A stretch of 64,000 nt of DNA from positions 1 through 64,000 of the IMG/VR virus record IMGVR_UViG_3300020187_000012; one strand, written 5' to 3'. Both the position numbers and the translations under genes were made by a program. The stretch's first letter is position 1; every line of letters starts with the position of its first letter. The DNA comes from an uncultured virus (IMG/VR IMGVR_UViG_3300020187_000012). Its lineage: Duplodnaviria; Heunggongvirae; Uroviricota; Caudoviricetes. Under the pieces are notes generated by a model. The model did not search any database, was not told the DNA's origin, and saw only the letters and a list, made by a program, of their open reading frames with translations. Positions 7,706-16,995 of the stretch are shown in pieces.

Positions 7706-8107
7706 ATGGAATTTTTAAAAAAACTATTTAACTTCTCAGGTACTATTAGCGGTATTGATTTTCTCATCAGATGGGTTTCTTCAATAATCCTACAATGGCC
7801 GGGTGGATTTTTAATCGGATATGGTGTTGTCTCTGGAATTATGGGACTTACAATGTTGGGCGTGCTTATAGCATGTGTTGGTATTGTATTACAATTTTCA
7901 ACATTAAGAAAAAGAGCTAGGGCATTATTCACTGATAATAACGACCTACATTTTTATATTGTATATTTGATACTTAGTATTATACAAGGTTTTACAAACG
8001 ACATGGAACTTATAATTTCAATACCTATTAATATTTTAGTGTTGATTGTATTTAGTATAGCTTTGTTTAAAAACTCTGGTATTTCACCTGATTCACATTT
8101 AGGTTAA
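7706..8107 (+). CDS. DUF805-like inner membrane protein
   Basis: LFNFSGTISGIDF N-terminus, four hydrophobic segments, LRKRAR. Confidence 0.6.
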   Translation: MEFLKKLFNFSGTISGIDFLIRWVSSIILQWPGGFLIGYGVVSGIMGLTMLGVLIACVGIVLQFSTLRKRARALFTDNNDLHFYIVYLILSIIQGFTNDMELIISIPINILVLIVFSIALFKNSGISPDSHLG

Positions 8108-8166
8108 TTAAATGAGTACCAATAGAGGCATAATGCAATATTATAATAAACTTTAAAATATTACAA

Positions 8167-8174
8167 GATATATA
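8167..8174 (+). promoter_or_regulatory. Class III (late-like) promoter GATATATA
   Basis: Also at 23424, 23649, 27363, 31199, 35796, 37998, 43021, 49038, 58277 and 63851; AATATATA variants at 20265 and 20484. Confidence 0.7.
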
Positions 8175-8271
8175 ACATAACGAATTTGTTTCCACTTCGG
8201 TAAGAAATATATGTTCAAATATTTGTTCAAGTAAAAACCCTAACGCCAAACCCGTTGGGGTTTTCTTTTTT
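8175..8271 (+). ncRNA. Candidate small RNA
   Basis: Lies between GATATATA and a terminator; contains a cUUCGg-capped stem; only a 7-codon ORF. Confidence 0.35.
8234..8271 (+). terminator. Intrinsic terminator
   Basis: AAAACCCTAACG-CCAAACC-CGTTGGGGTTTT then CTTTTTT. Confidence 0.75.
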
Positions 8272-8325
8272 ATAAACAAAAATAACATTTCACCGTATAA
8301 CATTAGTAATTAAAAATATTATACT

Positions 8326-8994
8326 ATGAAATTCAATAAGCCCGATAAAGCAACGGATGCATGGCAAATCATGCGTATCCAAGCTGAATTTACAAAAGGC
8401 TTTGATACCTTTAATAAATTAGGACCATGCGTATCTGTATTCGGTTCAGCAAGAACTTCAAAAAAAGATAAATGGTACAAAGAGGCACGTAAATTTGGTG
8501 GCCTAATGGCAGAATCAAATATTGGTGTTATCTCAGGTGGTGGTCCAGGAATTATGGAGGCTGTTAATCAAGGCTGCCAAGAAGCTGGTGGTGTTTCGGT
8601 TGGCGTGGGTATTGAACTACCATTTGAGGCTGAGATGAATCCTTATATTAATGTAGGTGTGGAGAATAGATACTTCTTTACACGTAAAGTCATGTTCATG
8701 AAATATTCTCAAGGATATGTAGTTTTTCCAGGCGGGCTCGGTACACTCGATGAACTATTTGAAGCACTTACATTAATTCAATGCAGTCATATACAAACGC
8801 AACCAATTGTACTTGTAGGTAAGAAATATTGGGAAGGTCTTATGGATTGGTTAATGAATATGGTTAATGCATCTGGTAGAATGAGCCTGAAAGACTTTGA
8901 TTTATTCAGAATCGTGGATTCTGCTGAAGAAGCTGCTGAAAAGATTAATGAATATCATGATAAATTCAATCCGGAAAGTAGCGTAAACTTTTAA
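8326..8994 (+). CDS. LOG family (TIGR00730-like) nucleotide phosphoribohydrolase
   Basis: VSVFGSAR, SGGGPGIMEA, YFFTRK, PGGLGTLDELFE. Confidence 0.92.
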   Translation: MKFNKPDKATDAWQIMRIQAEFTKGFDTFNKLGPCVSVFGSARTSKKDKWYKEARKFGGLMAESNIGVISGGGPGIMEAVNQGCQEAGGVSVGVGIELPFEAEMNPYINVGVENRYFFTRKVMFMKYSQGYVVFPGGLGTLDELFEALTLIQCSHIQTQPIVLVGKKYWEGLMDWLMNMVNASGRMSLKDFDLFRIVDSAEEAAEKINEYHDKFNPESSVNF

Positions 8995-8997
8995 TCT

Positions 8998-9456
8998 ATG
9001 AAATTTAGGAGGCTTACAGATTCAGTGCAAATAAATCTCGGCGAATATTTAAAAAAATATATAGACGAAGTGGGTGCTGAAAATGTTAGACTTTATATTG
9101 GTTGTGATAGCCAAAATAAAAAGTCATGGACAAGTTACGCAACTACGGTAGTTATACATATTGGCAACACGGGTTGTCATGTACTCTATCAACGTGAACG
9201 TATATCACCTAGAATAAATGACTTCTGGACCAGGCTATGGAGAGAAGTTGAACGTTCAGTTGAAGTCGCACTATACCTACAAGAATACAATATAATTGTA
9301 GACAATATAGATTTAGACCTTAACTCAGACCCTAATATGAAATCACATAAGTTGGTTTCAGCAGCTCGTGGTTATGTTGAGTCATTAGGTATCAAGGCTA
9401 ATATCAAACCTGAATTATTACCAGCTATTTGCGCTGCTGATAATATAGTTAAATAA
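8998..9456 (+). CDS. RNase H-like YkuK family protein
   Basis: LYIGCDSQ, RLWREVERS, IDLDLN, IKP...AADNI. Confidence 0.75.
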   Translation: MKFRRLTDSVQINLGEYLKKYIDEVGAENVRLYIGCDSQNKKSWTSYATTVVIHIGNTGCHVLYQRERISPRINDFWTRLWREVERSVEVALYLQEYNIIVDNIDLDLNSDPNMKSHKLVSAARGYVESLGIKANIKPELLPAICAADNIVK

Positions 9457-9508
9457 ATAAACATAATCGGCTTTTGCCATATAATAATAAAATAAATTAA
9501 GCACATAT

Positions 9509-11518
9509 ATGAATCCAGATCCTTACGATAATAATAGTGGTAAAAAACCAATTAAAAAATTAGGTAAGACTCCATTTATTGATCAGTTTGGTGAAGACTT
9601 AACGGAACTTGCAAAGAACGGTAAATTAGACCGCATCATTGGACGTGACGCTGAAATTCTTCGCATTTGTCAAATTCTTGCACGTCGCAAAAAAAACAAC
9701 CCAATCATCTTAGGTGAACCTGGTGTTGGTAAAACCGCTATTGTAGAAGCTATAGCTCAACGTATTATTGAAGGTAAAGTTGCACGCACCCTTATTGGTA
9801 AGCGCCTTGTATCTCTTAATATGGCAATCATTGTTGCGGGTACTAAATACCGTGGTGAGTTTGAAGAGCGCATGAAAAACATTGTTGATGAACTTAAGGC
9901 TAATCCTAACATTATTTGTTTCATCGATGAAATTCACACAATCGTTGGTGCGGGCGGTGTTTCAGGTTCACTAGATGCTTCAAACATTCTCAAGCCGGCT
10001 TTAGCACGTGGTCAAGTACAATGTATCGGCGCAACTACTCTTGATGAGTACCGTGAGAATATTGAAGATGATGGTGCACTTACACGCCGCTTCCAAGAAG
10101 TATTCATTGAATCACCTTCTGTTGAAGACACTATTGAAATTCTAAAACGCATTAAAGACAAGTATGAAGACCACCATGCGGTTGAGTACACTGAGGATGC
10201 CATTGAAGCATGCGCTAAGCTAACTGACCGTTATATTACTTCACGTGAATTACCGGACAAGGCCATTGACCTAATGGATGAAGCTGGCGCTAAATTACAC
10301 TTAGAAGAAGTTAAGGTCCCTAATTCTATTAAGAAGATTGAAATTGCTGCAGAAGAACTAAAAGAAAAGAAACTTAACAGTGTTAAAGAACAGGACTACG
10401 AAAAAGCAGCAACATTTCGTGACAAAGAAATGACAAAGCGTAAAGAACTTGATAGTGCTATTCTAGCTTGGGAAAAGTCGCTTAATGAGAATCGCAAAAA
10501 AGTTACATTTGATATTATTGCAGAAACACTATCACAACAAACTGGAATTCCACTTTCACGCCTTTCAGGCGATGAGCATAAAATGATTAAGCAATTAGGT
10601 ATTGAACTTAAAAAGCAAATCATTGGACAAGACCAAGCTGTTGAAGTATTATCAAATGTTATTAAGCGCTCACGTGCTGGTGTATCATCTTATAAGAAAC
10701 CAATTGGTTCGTTTATGTTCTTAGGTCCAACCGGTGTTGGTAAAACTGAAACGGTTAAAGCACTTACACGCTATATGTTTGGTACTGAAGATAGCATGAT
10801 TAGAATTGATATGTCTGAATACCAAGAAAAACACAATGTCGCACGCTTAACCGGTGCGCCTCCGGGATATGTTGGGTTTGAAGATGGTGGCCAATTAACT
10901 GAGGCTGTGAGACGCAAGCCTTATTCTGTAGTCCTGTTTGATGAAATTGAGAAAGCTCACCCAGACACGTTTAATATACTTCTACAGGTACTTGATGATG
11001 GTCGCTTAACGGATTCTTTAGGTAGAGTTGTAGATTTCACAAATACTATTATTGTAATGACATCAAACGTAGGTGCTAAGAAAGCTGCTGAGTTTGGTTC
11101 AGGTATTGGATTCTCAAGTAAATCATCTATTGCATCTGATACCGCAAAAATTGAATCAATCATTGATAAAGAACTTAAGAATAAGTTTACACCTGAGTTT
11201 TTAAATAGACTTGACGAAACTGTTTTGTTTAATCAACTTTCAAGTGAAGATATGATTAAGATTGTAGATATCGAATTAGACCAAGTTAACGAAAGAATGC
11301 TTGAGCAAGATATTGAACTTAAATTCACTAAGGTTGCCAAGGAGTTTCTAATGACTGAGGGATATGACCCAGCATACGGTGCACGTCCTCTTAAAAGGGC
11401 AGTACAGAAGTACGTTGAAGATATTGTAGCAGATGGTATTTTAGATGGTAAAATTCTTAGTGGAAACACATATACTATCACATATAAGAAAGGTTCTGAT
11501 AAACTTTTTGTAAAATAA
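9509..11518 (+). CDS. clpC: ClpC-type Hsp100 ATPase lacking the N-terminal domain
   Basis: Two AAA+ modules (GEPGVGKT/FIDEIH; GPTGVGKT/FDEIEKAH), UVR-type M domain, IGF loop. Confidence 0.92.
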   Translation: MNPDPYDNNSGKKPIKKLGKTPFIDQFGEDLTELAKNGKLDRIIGRDAEILRICQILARRKKNNPIILGEPGVGKTAIVEAIAQRIIEGKVARTLIGKRLVSLNMAIIVAGTKYRGEFEERMKNIVDELKANPNIICFIDEIHTIVGAGGVSGSLDASNILKPALARGQVQCIGATTLDEYRENIEDDGALTRRFQEVFIESPSVEDTIEILKRIKDKYEDHHAVEYTEDAIEACAKLTDRYITSRELPDKAIDLMDEAGAKLHLEEVKVPNSIKKIEIAAEELKEKKLNSVKEQDYEKAATFRDKEMTKRKELDSAILAWEKSLNENRKKVTFDIIAETLSQQTGIPLSRLSGDEHKMIKQLGIELKKQIIGQDQAVEVLSNVIKRSRAGVSSYKKPIGSFMFLGPTGVGKTETVKALTRYMFGTEDSMIRIDMSEYQEKHNVARLTGAPPGYVGFEDGGQLTEAVRRKPYSVVLFDEIEKAHPDTFNILLQVLDDGRLTDSLGRVVDFTNTIIVMTSNVGAKKAAEFGSGIGFSSKSSIASDTAKIESIIDKELKNKFTPEFLNRLDETVLFNQLSSEDMIKIVDIELDQVNERMLEQDIELKFTKVAKEFLMTEGYDPAYGARPLKRAVQKYVEDIVADGILDGKILSGNTYTITYKKGSDKLFVK

Positions 11519-11551
11519 TCATATAATAAGTGATTATAATAACAACACAAT

Positions 11552-12394
11552 ATGTTTAACGATACATTCAAAAAAATTATTAAAGATATCAAACAAGATG
11601 GTCAACTCTCTCAACCTCGCGATATGCAGGTTAGAGAGTTAACTATTGACCAGCGAGAGTTTGACCCTAAATTCACAATTGCAGATTTCAAATCACGTGC
11701 ATTTAATTACAAGTACTTTGCAGGTGAACTTGCGTGGTACCTAATGAAAGACCGTGACATTGATTACATCTCAAAGTTTTCAGGCTTCTGGAAACACATC
11801 ACAAACCCAGGTACTAACGAAATTAATTCAAACTATGGTTCACTAATTTTCAATGACCAACTGCAATGGGTTATTGATTCACTTAAAGCTGATAAGAATA
11901 CACGTCAAGCAATTGCATTCTTAAATCAACCTAAGTACCAGTTTGAAGGTAATAAAGATTTTGTATGTACAATGTACCTTAATTTCTTTATCCGTGATAA
12001 TAAGCTGAATATGAAAGTACAAATGCGCTCAAATGATATCTTTTATGGATTGACCTTTGATGCACCTTTCTTTTCATTCGTATATCAACATGTTCTAATG
12101 GAATTGCAAAAAGATTACGTAGACTTAGACTTCGGTACTTATCATCATTGTGCTGATAACATCCACTTCTACGAACGTCACTTTGAATTAGCTGATAAGA
12201 TTTTAGATGAAGGTAGATATGAAGTTGAACCTACAGAGGTTAGAGTTAAGTTACCGTTATTCAAAATAGAAAACAGTAAATGTATTATAACACATGTTGG
12301 TGATGAATACATTAAAGAAGTAAACGCTTTAGTTAAAGCTGAAGCGACACAGGAACAATATAAAGAATTATTATACAAATACGTACTAGCGTAA
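11552..12394 (+). CDS. Thymidylate synthase-family enzyme, dCMP hydroxymethylase/methylase-like
   Basis: TRQA, DFVCT (catalytic Cys), MRSND...GLTFD, HFYERH. Confidence 0.8.
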   Translation: MFNDTFKKIIKDIKQDGQLSQPRDMQVRELTIDQREFDPKFTIADFKSRAFNYKYFAGELAWYLMKDRDIDYISKFSGFWKHITNPGTNEINSNYGSLIFNDQLQWVIDSLKADKNTRQAIAFLNQPKYQFEGNKDFVCTMYLNFFIRDNKLNMKVQMRSNDIFYGLTFDAPFFSFVYQHVLMELQKDYVDLDFGTYHHCADNIHFYERHFELADKILDEGRYEVEPTEVRVKLPLFKIENSKCIITHVGDEYIKEVNALVKAEATQEQYKELLYKYVLA

Positions 12395-12747
12395 TGGAAC
12401 CAGAATTTTATACAGACAATTGGGAAGATGATAGTCATATTCCACGAATTGAAATAGAAGATTTTCAAACTATCAAGGATGTTGAATTAGAATTAGTAAC
12501 TCACCATGACGTATTTTATCGCAGAATTATAACATATGTAATTGACGTAATTGAGAATAAATTACCAGCCGACGAACCTCTTGCTATTTTAATAGATGAA
12601 AACGGCATGGAGTATGATATGGACCTACCGGTTGATGGCTTTATTAAATCACTTACAAAATGCATGGAATATTTTACTACAATAGAAGAATATGAAACAT
12701 GTACCCTAATTAAAGACTTAATTAAAATAACCGAACAAGGATTATAA
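12394..12747 (+). CDS. Acidic protein with C-terminal UVR-like motif
   Basis: EEYETCTLIKDLIK resembles the UVR helix pair; directly upstream of clpP. Confidence 0.55.
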   Translation: MEPEFYTDNWEDDSHIPRIEIEDFQTIKDVELELVTHHDVFYRRIITYVIDVIENKLPADEPLAILIDENGMEYDMDLPVDGFIKSLTKCMEYFTTIEEYETCTLIKDLIKITEQGL

Positions 12748-12748
12748 T

Positions 12749-13414
12749 ATGAACTACGGAAACGAATTTAAAAAATACGCGATGAGCGACTTCAACCTCA
12801 GCTCATCAAACATGGACTACTACCAAAAGCAAATCGAAGGTTCTATGACGCCTTACATTCTTGAAGAGCGTGAAATGAGAATGACACAGATGGATATCTT
12901 CTCTAGATTGATGCGTGATCGCATTCTTTGGGTTGCGGGTCCTGTAAATGATAACATGTCAACTGTTGTACAAGCTCAACTTATGTTCTTAGACAACGCC
13001 AGTAAAGATGACATTACGATGCACATTGATTCACCGGGTGGTTCTGTTAAATCAGGTCTATCAATGGTTGACGTTATGGAATACATTACAACTGATATTC
13101 GCACGGTGAATACTGGAATGGCGGCTTCTATGGGCTCTGTACTTTTAGGTGCGGGTACCAAAGGAAAGCGTGCATCACTAAGACACTCTCGCACTATGTT
13201 ACACCAATCTTCTGGTGGGTTCTCTGGAAACATTCAAGATGCTGAAGTGGATTGGAAAGAATGGCAAAAGATTAACAAAGAATTGTTTATCTTATTAGGT
13301 GAGTATTGTGGTAAGACTGCTGCAAAAGTTGCAAAGGATGCTACTCGTGATTTCTGGTTAACTGCTGATGAAGCACTAGACTACGGAATTATTGATGAAG
13401 TAATTAGACGATAA
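12749..13414 (+). CDS. clpP: ClpP protease subunit
   Basis: DIFSRL, SPGGSV, AASMG (Ser), MLHQ (His), RDFWL (Asp). Confidence 0.95.
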   Translation: MNYGNEFKKYAMSDFNLSSSNMDYYQKQIEGSMTPYILEEREMRMTQMDIFSRLMRDRILWVAGPVNDNMSTVVQAQLMFLDNASKDDITMHIDSPGGSVKSGLSMVDVMEYITTDIRTVNTGMAASMGSVLLGAGTKGKRASLRHSRTMLHQSSGGFSGNIQDAEVDWKEWQKINKELFILLGEYCGKTAAKVAKDATRDFWLTADEALDYGIIDEVIRR

Positions 13415-13440
13415 AAATACTAAACTCTAAATTTTAAAGG

Positions 13441-13467
13441 ACCCGAGGCATTTGTCTTGGGTTTTTT
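13441..13467 (+). terminator. Intrinsic terminator
   Basis: ACCCGAGGCA/TGTCTTGGGT stem followed by a T-run. Confidence 0.75.
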
Positions 13468-13517
13468 ATTTTGAAACAATAATATATTATAAGCGTATAA
13501 TAATAAAATATTAACAC

Positions 13518-13826
13518 ATGAATATATTAGAAGAAGCTAACAAAATTATCAATCAACGTTCTGAAGAGAAAGAACGTATGTATGGACCCTTTGAAGAAGG
13601 CATGGACCGGGCTGCAATGATTGCATCTGGAATGACAGGTAAAGATTTTACAGGTGCTGATATGTATGCTGCGCTAATTGCTCTTAAGTTTAGTAGACAT
13701 TCTTACAACTATAGAGAAGACAACTTATTAGACGCTGCGGCTTATATCGGTGGACTAGATAATTATATCAAGCAAAACGGTTATAACAATCATGGTGCCG
13801 ACAATGTTAACCCCGGTGAATTGTGA
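13518..13826 (+). CDS. DUF6378-like all-alpha putative nucleotide pyrophosphohydrolase
   Basis: ILEEA...YG.F...LKFSR...DNLLDAAAY pattern. Confidence 0.6.
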   Translation: MNILEEANKIINQRSEEKERMYGPFEEGMDRAAMIASGMTGKDFTGADMYAALIALKFSRHSYNYREDNLLDAAAYIGGLDNYIKQNGYNNHGADNVNPGEL

Positions 13827-14713
13827 TTAAAGGACCGTTTTCATATAGCGGAAATAAAACAAGAATCTACAACGCGTATCTTAAACCGGTTTTACGAAAG
13901 TATAATAAGGTTCATGAACCGTTTGTAGGTTCTGGTGTTTGTATGTATAATTCTAATGGCGGTGGAATGTCTACTGACGTTGACCCTGCTGTGGTTGCAA
14001 TGCACCAAGCCTTACAAGATACAGAGCTTCCAAATAAAATGCAAGCTTGCTACGATACTTACTTCAAGTCAGGTCACAACAAAGAATCTTACAATACACT
14101 CAGAGAAGCTTTCAATAAAGACTGGTTATTAAACGGAGTAACTTCTGAAAACGTACACCAGCTTTATGTGCTTTCTCAAATAGCTTTCAATTCACTTATA
14201 CGATTTAGTAAGAACGGTTTTAATGCATCTTTTGGTGAAAAGCCATTAGACGTTGATAGACTCAAACTACATGTTGAATTGTATAAAGAAAAAGATATTC
14301 AAGTTACACTATCACAGTATAACACTATCGACAAATCTAAAGTTGACAAGGATAACGATATTATTTATTTAGACCCACCATATATTGCGAGTAAATTTCA
14401 ATACGGCGGTTGGGTAAAGAACGATGAACTTGAACTTTTAAAATTTATTACAAATTTAGACAAAGAAGGTTACAAATTTATATTGTCAAATACGTTTTCA
14501 CATAAGGGTGTTATTAATAATGATCTAATTGAGTGGTCAAAAAACTTTAACGCATATCTTATTGACATGTCTTACAACGCATGGAGCTCACGGGTAACCG
14601 GTGTAGAACGTGAAGATGCAACAGTTGAAGTTCTTATTACAAACATAGGCGATGCCTTTAAAGACCTTCCAGACGCAAATGCGGGTAAGTTATCAACAAC
14701 TGAACTTTTTTAA
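13823..14713 (+). CDS. Dam-family (D12 class) DNA adenine methyltransferase
   Basis: YSGNK, EPFVGSG, YLDPPY, FILSN, EVLITN. Confidence 0.9.
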   Translation: MIKGPFSYSGNKTRIYNAYLKPVLRKYNKVHEPFVGSGVCMYNSNGGGMSTDVDPAVVAMHQALQDTELPNKMQACYDTYFKSGHNKESYNTLREAFNKDWLLNGVTSENVHQLYVLSQIAFNSLIRFSKNGFNASFGEKPLDVDRLKLHVELYKEKDIQVTLSQYNTIDKSKVDKDNDIIYLDPPYIASKFQYGGWVKNDELELLKFITNLDKEGYKFILSNTFSHKGVINNDLIEWSKNFNAYLIDMSYNAWSSRVTGVEREDATVEVLITNIGDAFKDLPDANAGKLSTTELF

Positions 14714-14722
14714 AAAAACAAT

Positions 14723-14866
14723 ATGTCAGAGGAATTAACGGTTATGCAATTTCATTACGAAGAAGCAGTCCGAACCGGAGATACTAAAGAAGCATCTGAG
14801 CTTCTTAAGATTATTAGTAACATGCGTGCACATCACGATGCGGGTAAATACAAGTACAATGATTAA
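14723..14866 (+). CDS. Small hypothetical protein (47 aa)
   Basis: MSEELTVMQFHYEE... fills the gap, A-rich leader, overlaps the next start. Confidence 0.5.
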   Translation: MSEELTVMQFHYEEAVRTGDTKEASELLKIISNMRAHHDAGKYKYND

Positions 14867-15269
14867 AGTTACAGGTAAACGTAGAAACAAATCCGATATC
14901 AACAAGAAGGCAGCTGCTGTTGCGTTTGCGCTTGGTATTGAGTGTGATGTTAACGTGTATTTTATGGAACATACATCACCTGATAAATATGGATTCAACG
15001 CTGAAATTATGGGGAGTCAATACATTTGTATTTTCAAAGACTGTCCTGAAGATAAGTTAGGTGAGGTTATTTCACACGAGATGGTTCATGTGTTACAAAC
15101 TTTAAAAGGAGACCTTAGACATGACTATATGAATCAAACGTTTTATTGGAAGGGTGAGGTATATAATCCAGAACGATTAGCTACTTTAGATTATTATGAT
15201 AGGCCATGGGAGGCTGAGGCAAAAAAACTTGAAAAGAATTTAGCCGAAAACTTTTTTATGTCAAATTAA
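14859..15269 (+). CDS. Zincin-like metallopeptidase
   Basis: SHEMVHVLQ (HExxH) and YYDRPWEAEA; ATG start at 14859. Confidence 0.75.
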   Translation: MIKVTGKRRNKSDINKKAAAVAFALGIECDVNVYFMEHTSPDKYGFNAEIMGSQYICIFKDCPEDKLGEVISHEMVHVLQTLKGDLRHDYMNQTFYWKGEVYNPERLATLDYYDRPWEAEAKKLEKNLAENFFMSN

Positions 15270-15292
15270 TTGCCTATATTTACATAGTAATT
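15221..15292 (+). promoter_or_regulatory. Early promoter repeat, copy 10
   Basis: AAAACTTTTTTATGTC-N7-TTGCCTATATTTACATAGTAAT. Confidence 0.75.
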
Positions 15293-15328
15293 AGTTGAGA
15301 ATATATAATTAAAATAAATCAAAAGACA

Positions 15329-15568
15329 ATGGCAAAGAAAAAGATTTCAGACGCAGACTTAATCGACGCACTAGAAGGACTAGATACGACGTATGACCGT
15401 TTAAGTACAGATGGTCAAAATACAATGGATGCATTTTTTACAAAAGCAGAAAAGTCGATTAATCAAAGAGACTTAGATAAGTTTATTAAAGACTTAGAGC
15501 ATGATGTACAACGCATGAATTCAGACGGTGTATATTACTATGAAATTCTTAAAAACGCAAAGTTATAA
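15329..15568 (+). CDS. Hypothetical protein with internal duplication
   Basis: IDALE...RLSTDG and IKDLE...RMNSDG halves. Confidence 0.7.
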   Translation: MAKKKISDADLIDALEGLDTTYDRLSTDGQNTMDAFFTKAEKSINQRDLDKFIKDLEHDVQRMNSDGVYYYEILKNAKL

Positions 15569-15572
15569 TATT

Positions 15573-15592
15573 AGGACCTTAGGGTCCTTTTA
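15573..15592 (+). terminator. Intrinsic terminator
   Basis: AGGACC-TTAG-GGTCCT followed by Ts. Confidence 0.65.
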
Positions 15593-15600
15593 TTATTTTG

Positions 15601-15680
15601 AAAATAATTTGAAAATAATTGGCTAAAAGTTTTTTTATGTCGTAAACTTTGCCTATATTTATAGTATAACAATGAGACAA
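15601..15680 (+). promoter_or_regulatory. Early promoter repeat, copy 11
   Basis: Same consensus; shares a CAATGAGACAA tail with copy 6. Confidence 0.8.
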
Positions 15681-15709
15681 TGCTGTCTCTCTTAATTTAA
15701 TTAATAAAC

Positions 15710-16843
15710 ATGGTAACATTATCAAACAACGCAATCCAATCGCGCAAGTTGGAAACATTAAACGCACAAGCACTACGCAGAACAGTAGCGGCTCGTGAAA
15801 TTGAAGTTATTGACGAGAAGACAATCTTCTACAATGGCTCTCAAATCAAAATTACTAGTGAGGCTTTTAAATCACTAATGAAAATGACGGGTATGAGTCA
15901 AACATTCATTAAGAAGTTTGAAAAACTCTTCAACCCTAAAGCTAAGGCGCAATTCATTAATACAATGAAAAACGCAATGGCTTCTAACGCGGGTAGCATG
16001 CCAAACATTACAATGGTACTTAATCCTGTTAACAAAGTAATTGTTGCATTCACAAAAGATGCTTCAGAACTTATTTCTAACTCAAACTTTGTTGAGAATG
16101 CAGAACGTATTCTTAATGGCGGTAACTTTGGTGTTACAAACTGGACGACAGACCCAACTACGGGTATTGTAACTCTTAATGCTATTAAAGAAGGTGCAAC
16201 ATTCTCAGTTGCGGGTGATGAAAAAGATGTATTTACCGCGGGTATTACAATGAAGAACTCACCTATTACTGGATTTCAAGTTTCACCTTATGTAAATCGT
16301 CTTTGGTGTACTAACGGACTTACTACTTCACTTGCTGAAGATAAGTACAACATGACAAACCTAAGTGAAAAATCGCTTACTCAATTCAACGAGTACATTC
16401 AAGGACTCACACGTCGCAACTTTGTACCTGCTGAATTTAATGAATTAGTAAACAAAGCACGTAAAACACCAGCTTCTTTAAATGAGCTTAATCGTGCAAC
16501 TTCCGCAATTAAAAGTGCAGGTGCTGGTGATAGAGCTGGTCAGTGGATACCTCTTCACGAAAACCTACTTGAATACTCACGTGCAGGTATTGATACTAAA
16601 GATTTCAATAACGCAGAACTTAAGAATGCAGAATCTGACCAATCGGTTTGGAGTGTTGTAAATTCAATGACTCACTTTGCGTCACATGGTGAAGACTTAG
16701 TTGATGGCTTTGAAAGTCACAAAGGTACTGACCTTATGGTTAGAGCTGGAAACTTATTAGGTCGTGCATGGGACTTAGGTAATCGTGTTGCGTCACCTTT
16801 CAAAGGTTTGAATTCATACCAACATGGTGAAGTACTTAATTAA
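15710..16843 (+). CDS. DUF932-like protein
   Basis: QVSPYVNRLWCTNG and SVWSVVNSMTHFASH motifs. Confidence 0.6.
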   Translation: MVTLSNNAIQSRKLETLNAQALRRTVAAREIEVIDEKTIFYNGSQIKITSEAFKSLMKMTGMSQTFIKKFEKLFNPKAKAQFINTMKNAMASNAGSMPNITMVLNPVNKVIVAFTKDASELISNSNFVENAERILNGGNFGVTNWTTDPTTGIVTLNAIKEGATFSVAGDEKDVFTAGITMKNSPITGFQVSPYVNRLWCTNGLTTSLAEDKYNMTNLSEKSLTQFNEYIQGLTRRNFVPAEFNELVNKARKTPASLNELNRATSAIKSAGAGDRAGQWIPLHENLLEYSRAGIDTKDFNNAELKNAESDQSVWSVVNSMTHFASHGEDLVDGFESHKGTDLMVRAGNLLGRAWDLGNRVASPFKGLNSYQHGEVLN

Positions 16844-16867
16844 TATAGTGCTATCATAATATAATAT

Positions 16868-16896
16868 AAGGGGTGTGCGTAAGTATACCCCTTTTT
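16868..16896 (+). terminator. Intrinsic terminator
   Basis: AAGGGGTGTGC-GTAA-GTATACCCCTT followed by Ts. Confidence 0.75.
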
Positions 16897-16963
16897 ATTT
16901 TAAAATAATTGGCTAAAAGTTTTTTTATGTCGTTTATTTTGCCTATATTTACATAGTAATCAA
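16897..16963 (+). promoter_or_regulatory. Early promoter repeat, copy 12
   Basis: Same consensus. Confidence 0.8.
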
Positions 16964-16995
16964 ATGAAAGTATTAACCTTTAAAAAACAAATATT

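Noticed and set aside
11552..12394. Calling this gene thyA
   Set aside because: It has Asp rather than Asn at the specificity position and gp42-like motifs, so the symbol was withheld
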